Assembly: GCA_951406725.2 (NCBI GenBank)
Contig: OX597827.1
Coordinates: 50,282,001-50,346,000 of the forward strand
Reading direction: 5' to 3'
DNA length: 64,000 nt
Source of the DNA: Octopus vulgaris
Lineage: Eukaryota
The translations under genes were made by a program, and so were the position numbers. The notes beneath the pieces were generated by a model that searched no databases, was not told where the DNA came from, and saw nothing but the letters and a program-made list of their open reading frames with translations. Numbering within the stretch: the stretch's first letter is position 1; every line of letters starts with the position of its first letter. Below are positions 12,801 to 26,148 of the stretch, in pieces.

Positions 12801-14414
12801 TTGCTGTGTCACACACGTGTACAGCAGCATTGTGTTAATGTTTGTATCTTTAAGATACTAGGTTTTGCACTTATATCTTTAAGATACAGAGTGTTGCGTT
12901 TGTATCTTTAAAATACTGTGTTTTGCGTTTGTTGAGGTCTGTGACCTGCAGATTGGTATGAGTTGCATGAAGGCTTCTGTAACGTTCTCATTTCTTGTTT
13001 TTATGTCCTGATCTGTTCCATCCCCCTCAAGTATGTGAAATGATTGACATTTTCTACTCCCTCTCCTCTGTGAAGCTGTCACCACTGGTTGCGTGCACTC
13101 GCATGCTTTTTTGTCTTTCCGATGTTCATCTTGTAGACAACCTTTATGAATGTTACGCTCGTCAATGTGGCTGGAAAAGAAAATCAATGTCCTAAGCGAA
13201 CCTGTTTTCCTCTCTTCAACCAGTTAAAAGTTATCGACTTTGCTAAAGTGTGACACGGTGCTACAAGTTTATTCAAAGTTTTGAGATATCAAGTGAAGAA
13301 CAAGAAGTGAAATCGAAATATAAACAGAAAAAAAATTTCTTCGGGCTATCAACGAGATAAAATTTTGTTTGAGGCTATGAGCCGATGTTGGTAGAAATAC
13401 TCTTACAGAATACAGTATCCACTTAAAGCAGCCTGACGCTTACCAAAATACTTCATTTCATTACTGTATTGTACAATAGAGCCTTAATCGTTAATACTTC
13501 ATAATCGTTTCGGCGATGATCGAAGGAATGGTAATCACATGAATGCGACAAAGTGAACTCAGCGTTTTGCTGGATCTTGCTAGGTACTATGCGAATTTTT
13601 TTCCCGTCTCTACGTAACTTTATCGCCTCTCCCAACTCATATATCGTCTTCAATATGTATGGAGAGTTGGCTCTGCCTTTTGAATTTGATTGTGTGTGTG
13701 TGTGTTTTCGATTATTCTGTAATAGCTACGCTATTTTTGATTTTTCTACCATATTTTCGATTATTCTGAAGCAATTAAGCTACTGATCACAGGCAAAATA
13801 GTGTGTATAATGATTTCTCAAGGTAACGAGGGAGGCTTTAGAAGGTGGTTCGGTCTGCTAGAAGTAGCGGCTTAAGAAGCCTGTAATATCACCTTCCGTT
13901 CAGAGCTACTTTTCCTGTTTTGTAGCTCCGAGATGACAAGGGTTGAAATACTTTTGGCCCAAAGGTTAAACATGAAGAACAACAGCAACTTTTATAATCC
14001 AGTAAGACACTAAAGGCAAATCTGATTGCTACTACTAATGCTGGCGCCAGACAAGATATCATAAAATTACAGTTATATCGATTGATAACGGACAATCGCT
14101 GGAAATCTTTTTTCTGTCCAAAAGTGGAAATTATTTAGTTTTAATGCTACAAACTACGATGTTCGATAATTACTTTAAAAATTGTAGAGGATATACAATG
14201 ATTAGCAAATAAGCATTAGTGTTGAAATCAAATGAAAAGTCTTTCTGCAGTGAGTATTCATTCAAACACTTCTAACGTTATAAAATGAACTTGATCAAGT
14301 GAAATATAGAAAATAAATAAATAAATGAAAGAATAAAGTGTTGCGTTTCTCTTTGAATGTGAACATAATTATATAAGTTATAGTTGCTTTTCTCTATAAA
14401 GTATACAGCATATA

Positions 14415-14785
14415 GAGGCGCAATGACCCAGTAGTTTAGGGCAGCGGGCTCGTGGTCGTAGGATCGCGGTTTCGATTCCCAGACCGGGCGTTGTGAGTGT
14501 TTATTGAGCGAAAACACATAAAGCTCCACAAGGCTGCGGCACAGGTGGTGGTGAACCCTGCTGTACTCTTTCTCTCACTTTTTATTCCTGTTGCTGTTGT
14601 ACCTGTATTTCAAAGGGCCGGCCTTGTCACTCACACTCTGTGTCACCCTGAATCTCACCGAGAACTACGTTAAGGGTACACGTGTATGTGGAGTACTCAG
14701 CCACTTGCACGTTAATTTCACGTGCACTCTGTTCCGTTGGTCGGATCAATTGGAACCCTCATCGTCGTAACCGACGGAGTGTCAC
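14415..14785 (+). mobile_element. tRNA-derived SINE, family 3
   Basis: tRNA-like head with B box (gtttcgattcc); tail ...ggaaccctcatcgtcgtaaccgacggagtg shared with 15668-15983. Confidence 0.85.
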
Positions 14786-14946
14786 GATATAGCAATGAGA
14801 AATTGATACTTATTTTTCTATGGAAATCCTCATTGCGGTAATTTGAAGAGCTGTATTTTGCTACAAAATAGGATCCCCATTCAAACTTATGCTACTAGCA
14901 TGCATTATCTAAAATATGTATTTGTATTCCACCTCCCATATGTATG

Positions 14947-14994
<48 letters not shown>

Positions 14995-15074
14995 TATACA
15001 TATATATGGCGAATGGCGGTGCCCCAGCATGGCCACAGCTCGTGAGCTGAAACTAGATAAAATAAGATAAAATA

Positions 15075-15118
<44 letters not shown>

Positions 15119-15222
15119 ATCAAAATAAAAACATGATGCGAAGGATTCAGCGGTACATATGTTTCGGGCCTTTATTAGACAGATTTATAACAATGCATAA
15201 TTCGCCATATATATATATATAT

Positions 15223-15378
15223 GTAACGGGAAGGTTTACGAAAATAAACAAAAGACGAAGGCAGGGGGAGTACAAACAAATAATGTATTAGTATGGCGTT
15301 CAGGAATAGAAATAAAACAAGTCTTTTACGTTTCGAGCCTACGCTCTTCAACAGAAAGATACACAGAAAAGAAACAAG
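15223..15378 (-). mobile_element. Short hammerhead-bearing element (same family as 58720-58925)
   Basis: Close match to 58780-58925; abuts (TA)n. Confidence 0.75.
15322..15359 (-). ncRNA. Minimal hammerhead motif with CUGUUGA core
   Basis: tcttt-CTGTTGA-a-gagc gtag gctc-GAAAC-GTA-aaaga. Confidence 0.65.
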
Positions 15379-15580
15379 GCCTAGTGGTTAGGGCAGCGGA
15401 CTTGCGGTCGGAGGATCGCGGTTTCGATTCCCAGACCGGGCGTTGTGTGTGTTTATTGAGCGAAAACACCTAAAAGCTCCACGAGGCTCCGGCAGGAGGT
15501 GGTGATCCCTGCTGTACTCTTTCACCACTCTAAAAGGCGGTGCTCCAGCATGGCCGCAGTCAAATGACTGAAACAAGTAC
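15378..15580 (+). mobile_element. Chimeric SINE: family 3 head + family 1 tail
   Basis: Head matches 14415; from ~15530 taaaaggcggtgctccagcatggccgcagtcaaatgactgaaac. Confidence 0.75.
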
Positions 15581-15667
15581 AGAAAAAAAAAAGGAGAGAA
15601 ACAAAGAAAGAAAAAAATTGCGTGTAGGGGCTAACGATCCAATATATATGCATGTATGTATGTATGA

Positions 15668-15983
15668 AGGAGCACTCCGTCAGTTACGACGATGAGGGTT
15701 CCAATTGATCCGATCAACGGAACAGCTTGCTCGAGAAAATAACGTGCAAGTGGTTGAACACTCCACAAACATGTGTACCCTTAACTTAGTTCTCAGGGAG
15801 ATTCAGCGTGATACAGAGTATGTCAAGGCTGGCCCTTTGAAATACAGGTACTACATATTTTTGCTAGCTGAGTGGACTGGAGCAACGTGAAATAAAGCTA
15901 AAGGACACAACGCGTCACCGGGAATTGAACTCACGACCTTACGATCGTGTGCCGATTGCCCTAACCACTAAGCCACGCGCCTT
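15668..15983 (-). mobile_element. tRNA-derived SINE (family 3 tail, different head)
   Basis: Minus-strand head ggcgcgtggcttagtggttagg...gagttcaattccc; shared tail. Confidence 0.8.
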
Positions 15984-15985
15984 CA

Positions 15986-16156
<171 letters not shown>

Positions 16157-16198
16157 CTAAGGCTGTGAATAGTTTTCAGAACATTTATAAAGAGAAAA

Positions 16199-16246
16199 GT
16201 CTTACAGCTGTTTCCGGGATATTTTATATCTCCTATCATCAGAGAC
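16199..16246 (-). ncRNA. Type I hammerhead motif, intact core
   Basis: gtct-CTGATGA-taggagatat/atatcccg-GAAAC-agct-GTA-agac; homologue of 1722-1769. Confidence 0.7.
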
Positions 16247-16438
16247 GGTGCGAGAAATTTTTAAGTAATAGTTAAGATATGAATTGTAGGAAAGAATAAA
16301 AGTTTTCGTTGTTTAGGAGAGGGAACCAAGTAATAACTTTGCCTGTATGGGGCCATAGGTTGATGTTTAATCTCTCCTTTACATTATTTACATTTGTTGT
16401 TGTTGCTGTTATTATTTTTATTATTATTGTTATTATTA

Positions 16439-16527
<89 letters not shown>

Positions 16528-17024
16528 GAGAGAGAGAGCAGTTCATGCCATCAAAGTGACACTGGGGTAAAATATACGAAGCCCAATATACCCATCATGA
16601 CTACCCGTCTGATAAAGGCACACCAGACACATGCATCACAACCATATGTGCGCGACATGGTGATCTCATATCAAGATAAACAGCACATGACCTTGCAGGT
16701 GGGGCCCAGTTAGAATTTTCTTCAGGTTGAGTAGCCCATCCCGCTCAAACGGTCCCTGAATAAGGGTTGTTTAAGGATGTTGAAAGAACCACCCATGTTT
16801 CCAGAGGTGAATTATTCAAACCCCAAAGAATCCCTCTCAACACATGGCTATGATGCTCCCCCACTACTTCTGCTCGTGATCAGAGATGCACATATCGTCA
16901 GCCACTAAGGGACATGCTCAACTGGTTAAGGTCAAACAACTGACAAGCAAATCTGTGGTATTGAGCAGAATATTTGCTGTAGCCCATCTTTTATACCAAG
17001 ACAAAACAATGTACATGATAACAC

Positions 17025-17026
<2 letters not shown>
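16528..17026 (-). mobile_element. (TAA)n-associated ~556-bp non-coding retroposon, 5'-truncated
   Basis: Near-identical to 50121-50629; flanked by (TTA)n on both sides. Confidence 0.85.
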
Positions 17027-17094
<68 letters not shown>

Positions 17095-17101
17095 CATCAT
17101 C

Positions 17102-17182
17102 ATTCAGGTCACTACATGGAATCGAGCAAGATTCCGAGTCCGATCCCAGGCAGTGACCTGAATAGTAATAATAATAATAATG

Positions 17183-17236
<54 letters not shown>

Positions 17237-17250
17237 TTAATAATAATAAT

Positions 17251-17281
<31 letters not shown>

Positions 17282-17460
17282 TCGGAAAATACCTTAGGAA
17301 TGAAAACCCCGTTTCGAAATTTCCCCAAGACACCTGATGAACGCTGGAGGGTATATCAGCCGAAACGTTGTGTTAACAACAAACAAGATGAGGACAAATA
17401 TCCGTCAAATGTAAATAATGTAAATAAAGTACATAATTCTTCATCTTTAAATTTGGAATT
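17102..17460 (+). mobile_element. Fold-back element: B-box-like head, (AAT)n/(AAC)n, hammerhead tail
   Basis: Inverted arms attcaggtcact.../...agtgacctgaat; gagtccgatccc B-box-like motif; hammerhead at 17329-17374. Confidence 0.65.
17329..17374 (+). ncRNA. Minimal type I hammerhead motif
   Basis: gacac-CTGATGA-ac-gctg...cagc-c-GAAAC-GTT-gtgtt; loopless palindromic stem III (aacgtt). Confidence 0.75.
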
Positions 17461-17542
17461 GGTATTATTTTGTCTAAAATATTTCTGCTTACCCCTCCTA
17501 GGTCGGATTTGGTGGGGCACATACACACGCACATAGTCATAT

Positions 17543-17632
<90 letters not shown>

Positions 17633-18847
17633 TACGCTCACGCACACATATACACACTCATATATGTATCGTTTCACCGAAAAACGAAAGTATATACATA
17701 TATTTATACCTGCTATAAATTAACAGGCATTACTTCAATTTAAACAGTAGTAAACATTGTACTTAATAAGCACTAATTTGAGATAGAAAACTATTTAGGA
17801 AATATGTGAGCTGAAACATAGCAACTCTTTGAGTAAACGTCTTGTTCTCACTTAACTTAAGAATAAAGGTCTATCTGTTTGTTTTTTTTACGGAATTATC
17901 ACCTCCACCACGACTACTTCTTCTTGATTCGTCAGCAACATAGATCTGTACAGATATAGTCTTGTTGTACAAATACCAAACAACAATTGCTGTATAGTAC
18001 ACTATGAGAACAGTTCTTGGCATTTTCAGACACACGGTCAATATTTGGTAATCATTTTACATTGCTATCATTTCAAACAGCCTCAATGCAACCGTCTGTC
18101 TGCAAGAAATAATAACCAAATACCCCTCAAAGTACACAATACCGTTTGAGGAAAGAAAGAAATAGATAATGTGGTATAGCTTGCACAGCGCCTGTGAAGA
18201 AGGACTGAATAGTTGCGGCTTTGACTGAATAGTTATGGCGGCAAGCCATAACTATTCGTCAATGAAGAGCCTCTATGTGATTATTTGACACGCTAGAAAT
18301 AGCAGTTAAATCTTCCTCACCACCCACTAGCGTTTTAAAAACAGAAAGGACGCAGTGAATAATATCGTCCTAGATGTAGCCTCCCTAAAATCAATACGGG
18401 ATTATTATGGTAGGAAAGCCTAGAATTAAAAAAGTTAAGAATTAAAAAAGTAGTGGCTGCAGCAACAAGAGCAACACCAAAAGAACAAAACAGTATACGA
18501 TTAATGATTTAAGCTATTTTCTACTGTGTATTGGTATACATAATTGCGATGTTTATACAATGGATGAAAGATTCTTTCTAACGAAGGTTTTGCACTGAAA
18601 TATGCATACTTAGTGCATTATATTTCCCAAACTTACTATAATCTCATATAACTCAATGAAGGGACATCCCCTAACCCGTTCTTCGACAGATTTTTAAAAT
18701 TCTCGCAATGATTCAGTACTTTACTCACGAAAATTTTTCTTGTTGCTGTTACTCAGTTTGTTAGACGCATGTCACCCTGTTAGGGCACAGCTATGATTAA
18801 AATTCATTCCAGCCACGACTAGCACATCATCATCATTATTATTATTA

Positions 18848-18930
<83 letters not shown>

Positions 18931-19064
18931 TATAGTGCACTTGGAATCATATCGTGTGATGTTTCCTTATAGAAGGAGTAGATTTGACTGTAATTTCATG
19001 CTGTTTACTGTTGGTGACGTCCTGTACCCATATATGCATATATGTATGTATATATGTATGTATG

Positions 19065-19107
<43 letters not shown>

Positions 19108-19189
19108 AAACATGCATGCATAAATTTAAGTGACAGTATATAGATTCAATTAATCCGGTGTTACTCATAGAAAAAGCACTCATAGAAAA

Positions 19190-21590
19190 GCATGGGTTGG
19201 CAGGTGCCAGATAGTCGAATACCCATCAGATATGATGGGCAGCTGCAAAATAAGCGGATACTCCGTCGAACAGGCGGATTCTCCGACGAATAAGCAGTCC
19301 CGGACCATCAGCGTTTGAGCCTGGACATGATATGAAACTGCATTCGATGACAAAGGACTTTGCCTTGAGGAAAGATGGTCGTTTGTTTCCCGGACGAGCA
19401 GCCAAGACTCTCGGTTCTACTGAGATGACTGAGCAGCCCTGTTTAGGGATGCGCTGCTCACCCCAAGATGAGGATGGGCCAAGAAAATGTGGTCTATAAA
19501 AAAACGCCTGCTCACACAGCTAATCTTGATGGATAACCGTGTCCGTCGGAGTGTCTATGAAAAGCGGTCGAAACATTAAAAGTAAAATTCAACCTCTGAA
19601 TGTTGCAACCTAGAATGTCTACACTTTGCTGGGTGACACCAACACCTCCCGTCCTAATCGCTGCACTACTCTTGTTATGACGGAACTCTAATGCTACAAC
19701 ATCGACGTTGCCACCTTTAGTGAAACTCATTTCCTTGAGGAGGGGTCACTTACGGCGGGAGGCGAGGGATACACTTTCTTCTGGAAAGGTCACCCTGCAG
19801 ACTCCCCACGCATGCATGGAATTACTTTTGCTGTCAGATTAGCTTTGGTCCCATTGCTAACTGAGTCACCAGTTGGCATCAGTGAACGGCTCATGATGAT
19901 GCGCATCCCACTAACTTATGGCCATTCGGCCACACCGCTCAGTGCTTATGCACCAACTCTCACATGAGCCAAGGAGGACAAAGATGCCTGCTACGCTTCC
20001 CTACATACTGCCCTGCAGCCCATTCCACGTGAAGACAAAGTCTTGCTTTTAGCCGACTTTAACGCGAGAGTGAGTTAAAGCCACCGCATTTGGCATGGTA
20101 TTCTCGGTAGGTAAAGCATTGAAAACACCAACTCAAACGGCCTCCTCGAACTTTGTTCTGAATTTTCACTTTGCATCACAAACACTTGATGTTTCACCTT
20201 GCTGAGAAACACAAAACAACATTGATGCATCCCATATCAAAGCACAGGTACCTGATTGGTTATGCCACCACACGCCGCGCGGACCTGCAGGAGGTGGAAA
20301 TCACCAGAGTTATGCGCGATGCCAACTGCTGGACCGACAACTGCTGGATCCAGTGCCGGCTACGCTTACGAATTTGTTCTTCTATCCGTAAGCAAAAGAA
20401 GAAGCAGAAATTAAATGTTGGAACCCTGCAATCCCGTGAAACTCACCAGAAATTGGCAGTAACACTGGAACAAAAGTTTGCCGAACTCACTGATGCCGAA
20501 TCAGGAACAAATGGTGGACAAACTCTGACGTCAGAGTGGGATACTCTGGCAACACATATCATTAACGCTGCCAAAGATATACTTGGTGTTCTGAATAGAC
20601 GTAATCAGGACTGGTTTGATGACAACTCGAGGGAGATCCACTCACTTCTACGTGAAGAGAATGCTGCTCACTACAGACATCTCCATCAACCAACAGCAGC
20701 CAACCACAGACATTGGGCAATCTCCACTCTGACGTCCATCGAAAACTTAGAACCATGGTGGAAGACTAAATCACAAGAAATACAAGGATATACTGACACA
20801 AACAACATCCAAGCTTTCTAAGAATTCATAAAGACGGCATACGGCCCAATTAGAGGACCCTTCTGCCCCGTATGGAATGATTATTCAACATCACACGTCA
20901 AGGACCGAGATGGTATTCTGTCACGATCGGCTGAGCACTTCAACACCCTCATCAGCCGTAGAAACCCTATAGACACTTTTTTCTTGACAACATCTCTTCA
21001 CTACCACCCAGCGATTGCCTAGATGATACACCAGCCTTTGGCGAAACTGAATCTGCAATAAACAGCCTCAGGTTGAACAAGGTATTCGGAATTGACCATC
21101 TGCCGGCCGGGATCTTGAGGTATGGCGGCCGGTCCCTCAAGACCCGTACCCATACTTTCATCTGCAGAGCATGGACTTCCTACTGCGTGCCCCAACAATG
21201 GAAAGGTGCCAACATTGTTGCCATGTACAAAAACAAAGGTGACAGAGCAGTCTGTGGAAATAGCCGAGGCATCACCTTGCTTTCGGTTGCTGATAAGGTC
21301 CTTGCTCGAGTCCTCTTGTCACGCCTTCTGAGGCATGTTGCCGATGTTTACTGCCTGAAACCCAATATGGTTTTCGAAACGCCTGCTCGACTGCTGACAT
21401 GATCTTTGTCGCACGTCTTTGGGAGAATTGCCGTGAGGAAAACCACCCACTAAAGGCCTTTATAGACTTAACCATGGCTTTTATAGACTTAACCAAAACC
21501 TTCGACACCATTGACCCTAATGTTTTCTGGGAAATCCTGACAAAATTTAGCTGCCCACCAAATGTTCTTGCCATTCTGAAGGACTTCTAG
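19190..21590 (+). mobile_element. RTE-clade LINE (5' UTR, APE endonuclease, N-terminal RT), degenerate and 3'-truncated
   Basis: YNIDVATFSET, YTFFWKG, SAYAPT, DFNAR, NQDWFDDN, VPQQWK.ANIV.MYKNKGDR..CGNSRGITLLS, FIDLTKTFDT. Confidence 0.92.
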
Positions 21591-21594
21591 AACA

Positions 21595-22139
21595 GTTTGA
21601 AATTAAAACTGTATATTAATTTTGTTAGAATGTACAAGGTTCATTAATTTCAGTGGTGGTCGACAAGTCATACTGAAAAAAACAAGTATGAGAATTAAAA
21701 TAGAAAAAAAGGGAAATTACGGTTTCTCAGATCTTCTTTAAACAGTCGCTTTCGCTTGTAATAGTATGTTTAGGGAAAGATGTATTTATAAATTTATTTC
21801 TGCGAGCGGACCTGATTTTGATTCGTCGACATTCTTCTTACGTGGTCAAGCTTGTCGTTCTGCTTGGTTGGTTTCCTTGCGGATACGGTTATAGGTCGTT
21901 CCGGTTGGTTGGTTCACTTAAAGGGTCTTTTCGTTGTATTTGTTGTAGTTCAGTTTTCATTGGTTTGGAATTATGTGACGTCAACAACTTGTGTTTGTGG
22001 AATTTCACCGTAATTTCCATTTACTTACTATTTTAATTCTCACACTTGTTTTTTTTTTCAGTATGACTTGTCGACCACCACTGAAATTAACGAACATTGT
22101 ACATTCTAACAAATTAATATACAGTTTTAATTTCAAACT
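21595..22139. repeat. ~130-bp inverted repeats around a 285-bp spacer (MITE or inverted pLTR)
   Basis: 21595-21722 is the reverse complement of 22008-22139 with few mismatches. Confidence 0.85.
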
Positions 22140-22170
22140 TACACCTTCTGTTTTGAACATGATAATTTTT

Positions 22171-22256
22171 TCAACATTGAAACATTTTAATTTATTAACA
22201 TGGAAACATTTTACTTTGTCAGCATTGAAACATTTTGATTTGTCAACATTGAAACT
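22171..22256. repeat. 24-bp minisatellite, about 3.5 units
   Basis: caacattgaaacattttgatttgt-like units. Confidence 0.75.
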
Positions 22257-22286
22257 TATAACGATGTTTTTCTAATGTTACAATTT

Positions 22287-22327
22287 TACCACTGATAAAG
22301 AAAAATATTGTTGAAACTAGTTTGGTA
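22287..22327 (+). ncRNA. Degenerate hammerhead motif (G8A)
   Basis: tacca-CTGATAA-...-GAAAC-ta-GTT-tggta; perfect stem I, palindromic aactagtt, poor stem II. Confidence 0.5.
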
Positions 22328-22399
22328 TATATGTAAATAAATGTATTTTAAACATTTACGAGCTTTTGAAATTTAAGTGCATTTTCAACAACACATTTC

Positions 22400-22434
<35 letters not shown>

Positions 22435-22548
22435 TATTATATTTTTCCTTCACCCATTCCTTTCCGGTCATTCAATATGTGATCGCGTGTGTATCGTTGG
22501 CGATTTTCTTTCTCCGTCTTCCCTTCCTTGGACCTTTCCTTTTTCTAT

Positions 22549-22583
22549 GTTTCTGACTAAGAGCTCCGCTCGAAACGTTAAAT
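22549..22583 (+). ncRNA. Minimal hammerhead motif (G8T) in a short TA-flanked element (22441-22682)
   Basis: gttt-CTGACTA-a-gagc tcc gctc-GAAAC-GTT-aaat. Confidence 0.6.
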
Positions 22584-22677
22584 CCTCCTTCTTTCTTTCC
22601 TTTCCTGAGCGTCCAATAACACTATACTTGTTCCACGTCCTCGCGTTGTTGTGTTTTCTCTTTGTTCATGTTTGGAT

Positions 22678-22715
<38 letters not shown>

Positions 22716-24046
22716 CGAACACACATACACAAAGTATGTAATTTGCGACTTCGTATATAGGCTGCGCTTATAGGCATAAGAGAGAGAATATATTCTCATC
22801 CATGCACTTGGTTTTAAAACACCTGGAAGTCATAGACAAGCGAGAAGTCCCATTCAGGAGCAACAAACATCAATGCTTAGTAATTTTTTTGACTTGTCAA
22901 TACCACGCACCTGGACTAGGCCCGATGCAAACCAAATTGCTGTCTATGACTAAATACAGAATGGCGTAGGAACTATCTGCTGATATGTCTCTACGGTTCA
23001 TACCACAGAAAAAATTCAAATATACACATATCCATAAGTGGTGTCAAAACCGGTTAATTTATACTGGTATCGTGTAGTAATAATGAAGTTAAACCTTAAA
23101 TAATTTAATACCTACGTTTCACGTAGGAAATACATCCATTACGTAAACCTTCCTTAGGTGAAGCATTTTAAAAACTAGCTGGTTTTGACTCTACTTAAAC
23201 GGTTACTTTAACAACGATTTGGAGTAGTTTATTATAACTGACTCGAGTCGAACTTTCACCACTCTTAGCTTAAGACGAAACACACACACACACACTCGCG
23301 CATACACACATACACACACACACTGCGCGCACGCACGCACACACACACACACACACACATTTGCGCGCATCTGTGGATTGTTCTTATGTAGTTTTGCACT
23401 AGTATGACTCTTGAATTTTGGGCTCTCTTGAATTTCGTCTCTCTTGAATTTTATTCACCTCCAGTGCAGTATGGATTTCTCAGTTTTTAATTACTCTCAG
23501 GCTGAACTGGGGACTGCTAAACCAAATCACAATCTGTTGATTGTAGGGCTATTTTAGAACTATTCTAGATATTAAATTCTTTTTATGAAATAAAATACTT
23601 TTCAAAACACTTACCCAGTATTTCTGGCCTTGTACCTATGTTAGAAATTATCAATGTGTTTTGTCCATATAAAATCGTTCTAATGCAATGTTGAGTGGTT
23701 TCTTCCTTAAATGATTGTAAACAAGGAGTAACCAATAATGATCAAAGCAGCTGGTGAGTCATTGTTTGGAGTATTTCACAGTCACAGAAACTAAATTTCG
23801 TATCATGTCCCCGTTTCATATTAGTATCTCTTTGTCTATGCCAAATATTTTGTTATATTTCGAATTTCAGTTTTAAACAAAATTCTTGTCTCACTGCACC
23901 GATTAGAATGGTCATGAGATATTGCATATTCATTCTCTAAATAATGTTTCCCCGCTTGATTAAAGTGGCAAACAGGAAAAGAATAGGAAAATTTCGTAGA
24001 TCAGCTGAAAAATATTATTCTCAGTATTTGAAGTAAATTTCCCTTA

Positions 24047-24118
<72 letters not shown>

Positions 24119-24784
24119 CTGAAACAGTAAAAGAGGGAGAAGGACGACGCGAACAATATACATTTTCAAAATGGCTTATTTATGCATGAATCTTTAGTTA
24201 AAAAAACCCAAATGTTTTTATAAAATAAAAATATGCAATTGGGCATCAAACTAGAAAACTTAAAGTATGAATATTTATTTAACGAAACAATGAAAAAGTC
24301 TAGCTAGTTATTCTATATTGTTTTTGAAGCAATTCAATTCATTACTACTTTTAAGAATTATTCAGTCGGCAATATTAATTGATATTAATACTGAATATCT
24401 CGACAAATATTCGATATTTATACACTTGGCCCATTTAGTCAACCAACTGAAATTGACAATTCAGCTGAATCATATTTCATACTCTACGGTGTGTAAAACG
24501 GCAAATCCATTATAAGTATATATTTGGTAAAATATATGCATACCAGATTCGTTTAAAGAGGAGTCTAATAATATATTCAAAATATTTTGTATGTAACTGA
24601 TGTGCTGTTTATAAAAAGTACAACCACCATACGATTAGTATTGAGAAATGTAAATGTATGCTCATGTCTCTCACCCTATCTCTCTCGCACACATACGCGC
24701 GCGCGCGCACACACACCACACACGCGCACGCACACACAAAAGATTCTGTCAACACGTATCCCTTACAACATTAATATCTTTTTC

Positions 24785-24922
24785 TAATTTTGGTACAAGG
24801 TTAGCCGTTTTGAGGGGAAAGGAAACGTCGATTACATTGACCCTAGTACTTGACTGATACTTTATTTCATCGAGTCCGAAAGGATGAAGCATAAAGTCGA
24901 CTTCGGCAGAATTTGAACTTAG
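24785..24922 (-). mobile_element. SINE family 2-related fragment
   Basis: ccgaaaggatgaagcataaagtcgacttcggcagaatttgaact core. Confidence 0.7.
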
Positions 24923-25931
24923 TACATGAAGAATTTTAACTCAAAATTTGCGTGTAAGATGCCATTCCAGCCGTTCACTAATATTAAAATGCAGACCGTC
25001 CTTCAGAATATTTTTATCCGCCTGAAGAAATCCAGCTATCTTCTATCATAGATGAGCACTAATTTGATAAGAACGGCCTTTGTACGCGCTAGAACTATTA
25101 ACTTACGACCCAGGCCTAAGATTCCTTGCATCTTCCCAATACAAACCTGATAAGAGATGCGTATATCCATACCTCCATTCCTGTACCGGTCCTACTTAGA
25201 CAATTTGTGGACTTGTAATATGATTGTCTTCGTTTCTATATCTTGTATTGCGACCGCCACTTGTCACCCGACATCTATTTCTGGTGGCACAATGACCACC
25301 ATTATTTTCCCATTTTCCGGCCAAGTAACTCAGTATGATAACCGGTTAATAACTCTTTAAGAGTATTACTGAGTGTTTCTTGATTTTTACTTTGGTTGGA
25401 AATCTTACCTTCACCATACTAAACCCTCTCCTTTGAACAACGTGGCTTTTGCTGCCCTAGACTGGTTTCAGACGTGTTACATTCATTTCTGAATTTAAGC
25501 TTGCGTTACTCGCTCGTGATCAGCGATTATACACTTGAATGTAATAGATTTTTAGGTGTCATTTAGATCCACACAAGCACATTTACAGAGAATTTAATAA
25601 TTCTTTGCTTCGTTTAGAACCTAGGGTGATAAAATCAACCGATCTTATGTTCGACATGCACCAGTGGAGCATTTAGCAGTTGGCTTGTTTGTCGCGATGT
25701 TAGCGCTATTGCCTGTATCGGTGTTAATTGCGGTGATGCTCGCGTTATTCTTTTCAGTGGTATGAATTCTGCTACAAATATTCTCACGGGGTATGAAGAG
25801 GAAGCTGAGGAAATTTTTAATTGACACTGTTCCAGCAGCCATTCGTATCCTCATTTTAAATAATAATAATGACGATGACGATGATGATGATGATGATGAT
25901 GATGATAGTAATAATAATAATAGTGAAATAA

Positions 25932-25999
<68 letters not shown>

Positions 26000-26014
26000 T
26001 GATGATGAATGATG

Positions 26015-26076
<62 letters not shown>

Positions 26077-26148
26077 GTAAATAATAACAAAATAAAATGA
26101 TAAAATATAATAATGAAATAATAATAATAAAATAACAATAAAAGTAAA

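Noticed and set aside
15149-15182. CTAATAA-ggccc-GAAAC-atat-GTA remnant (minus)
   Set aside because: Two core changes and no stem I; at most a relic
22171-22256. CRISPR-like short repeats
   Set aside because: Contiguous tandem minisatellite without unique spacers, in eukaryotic DNA
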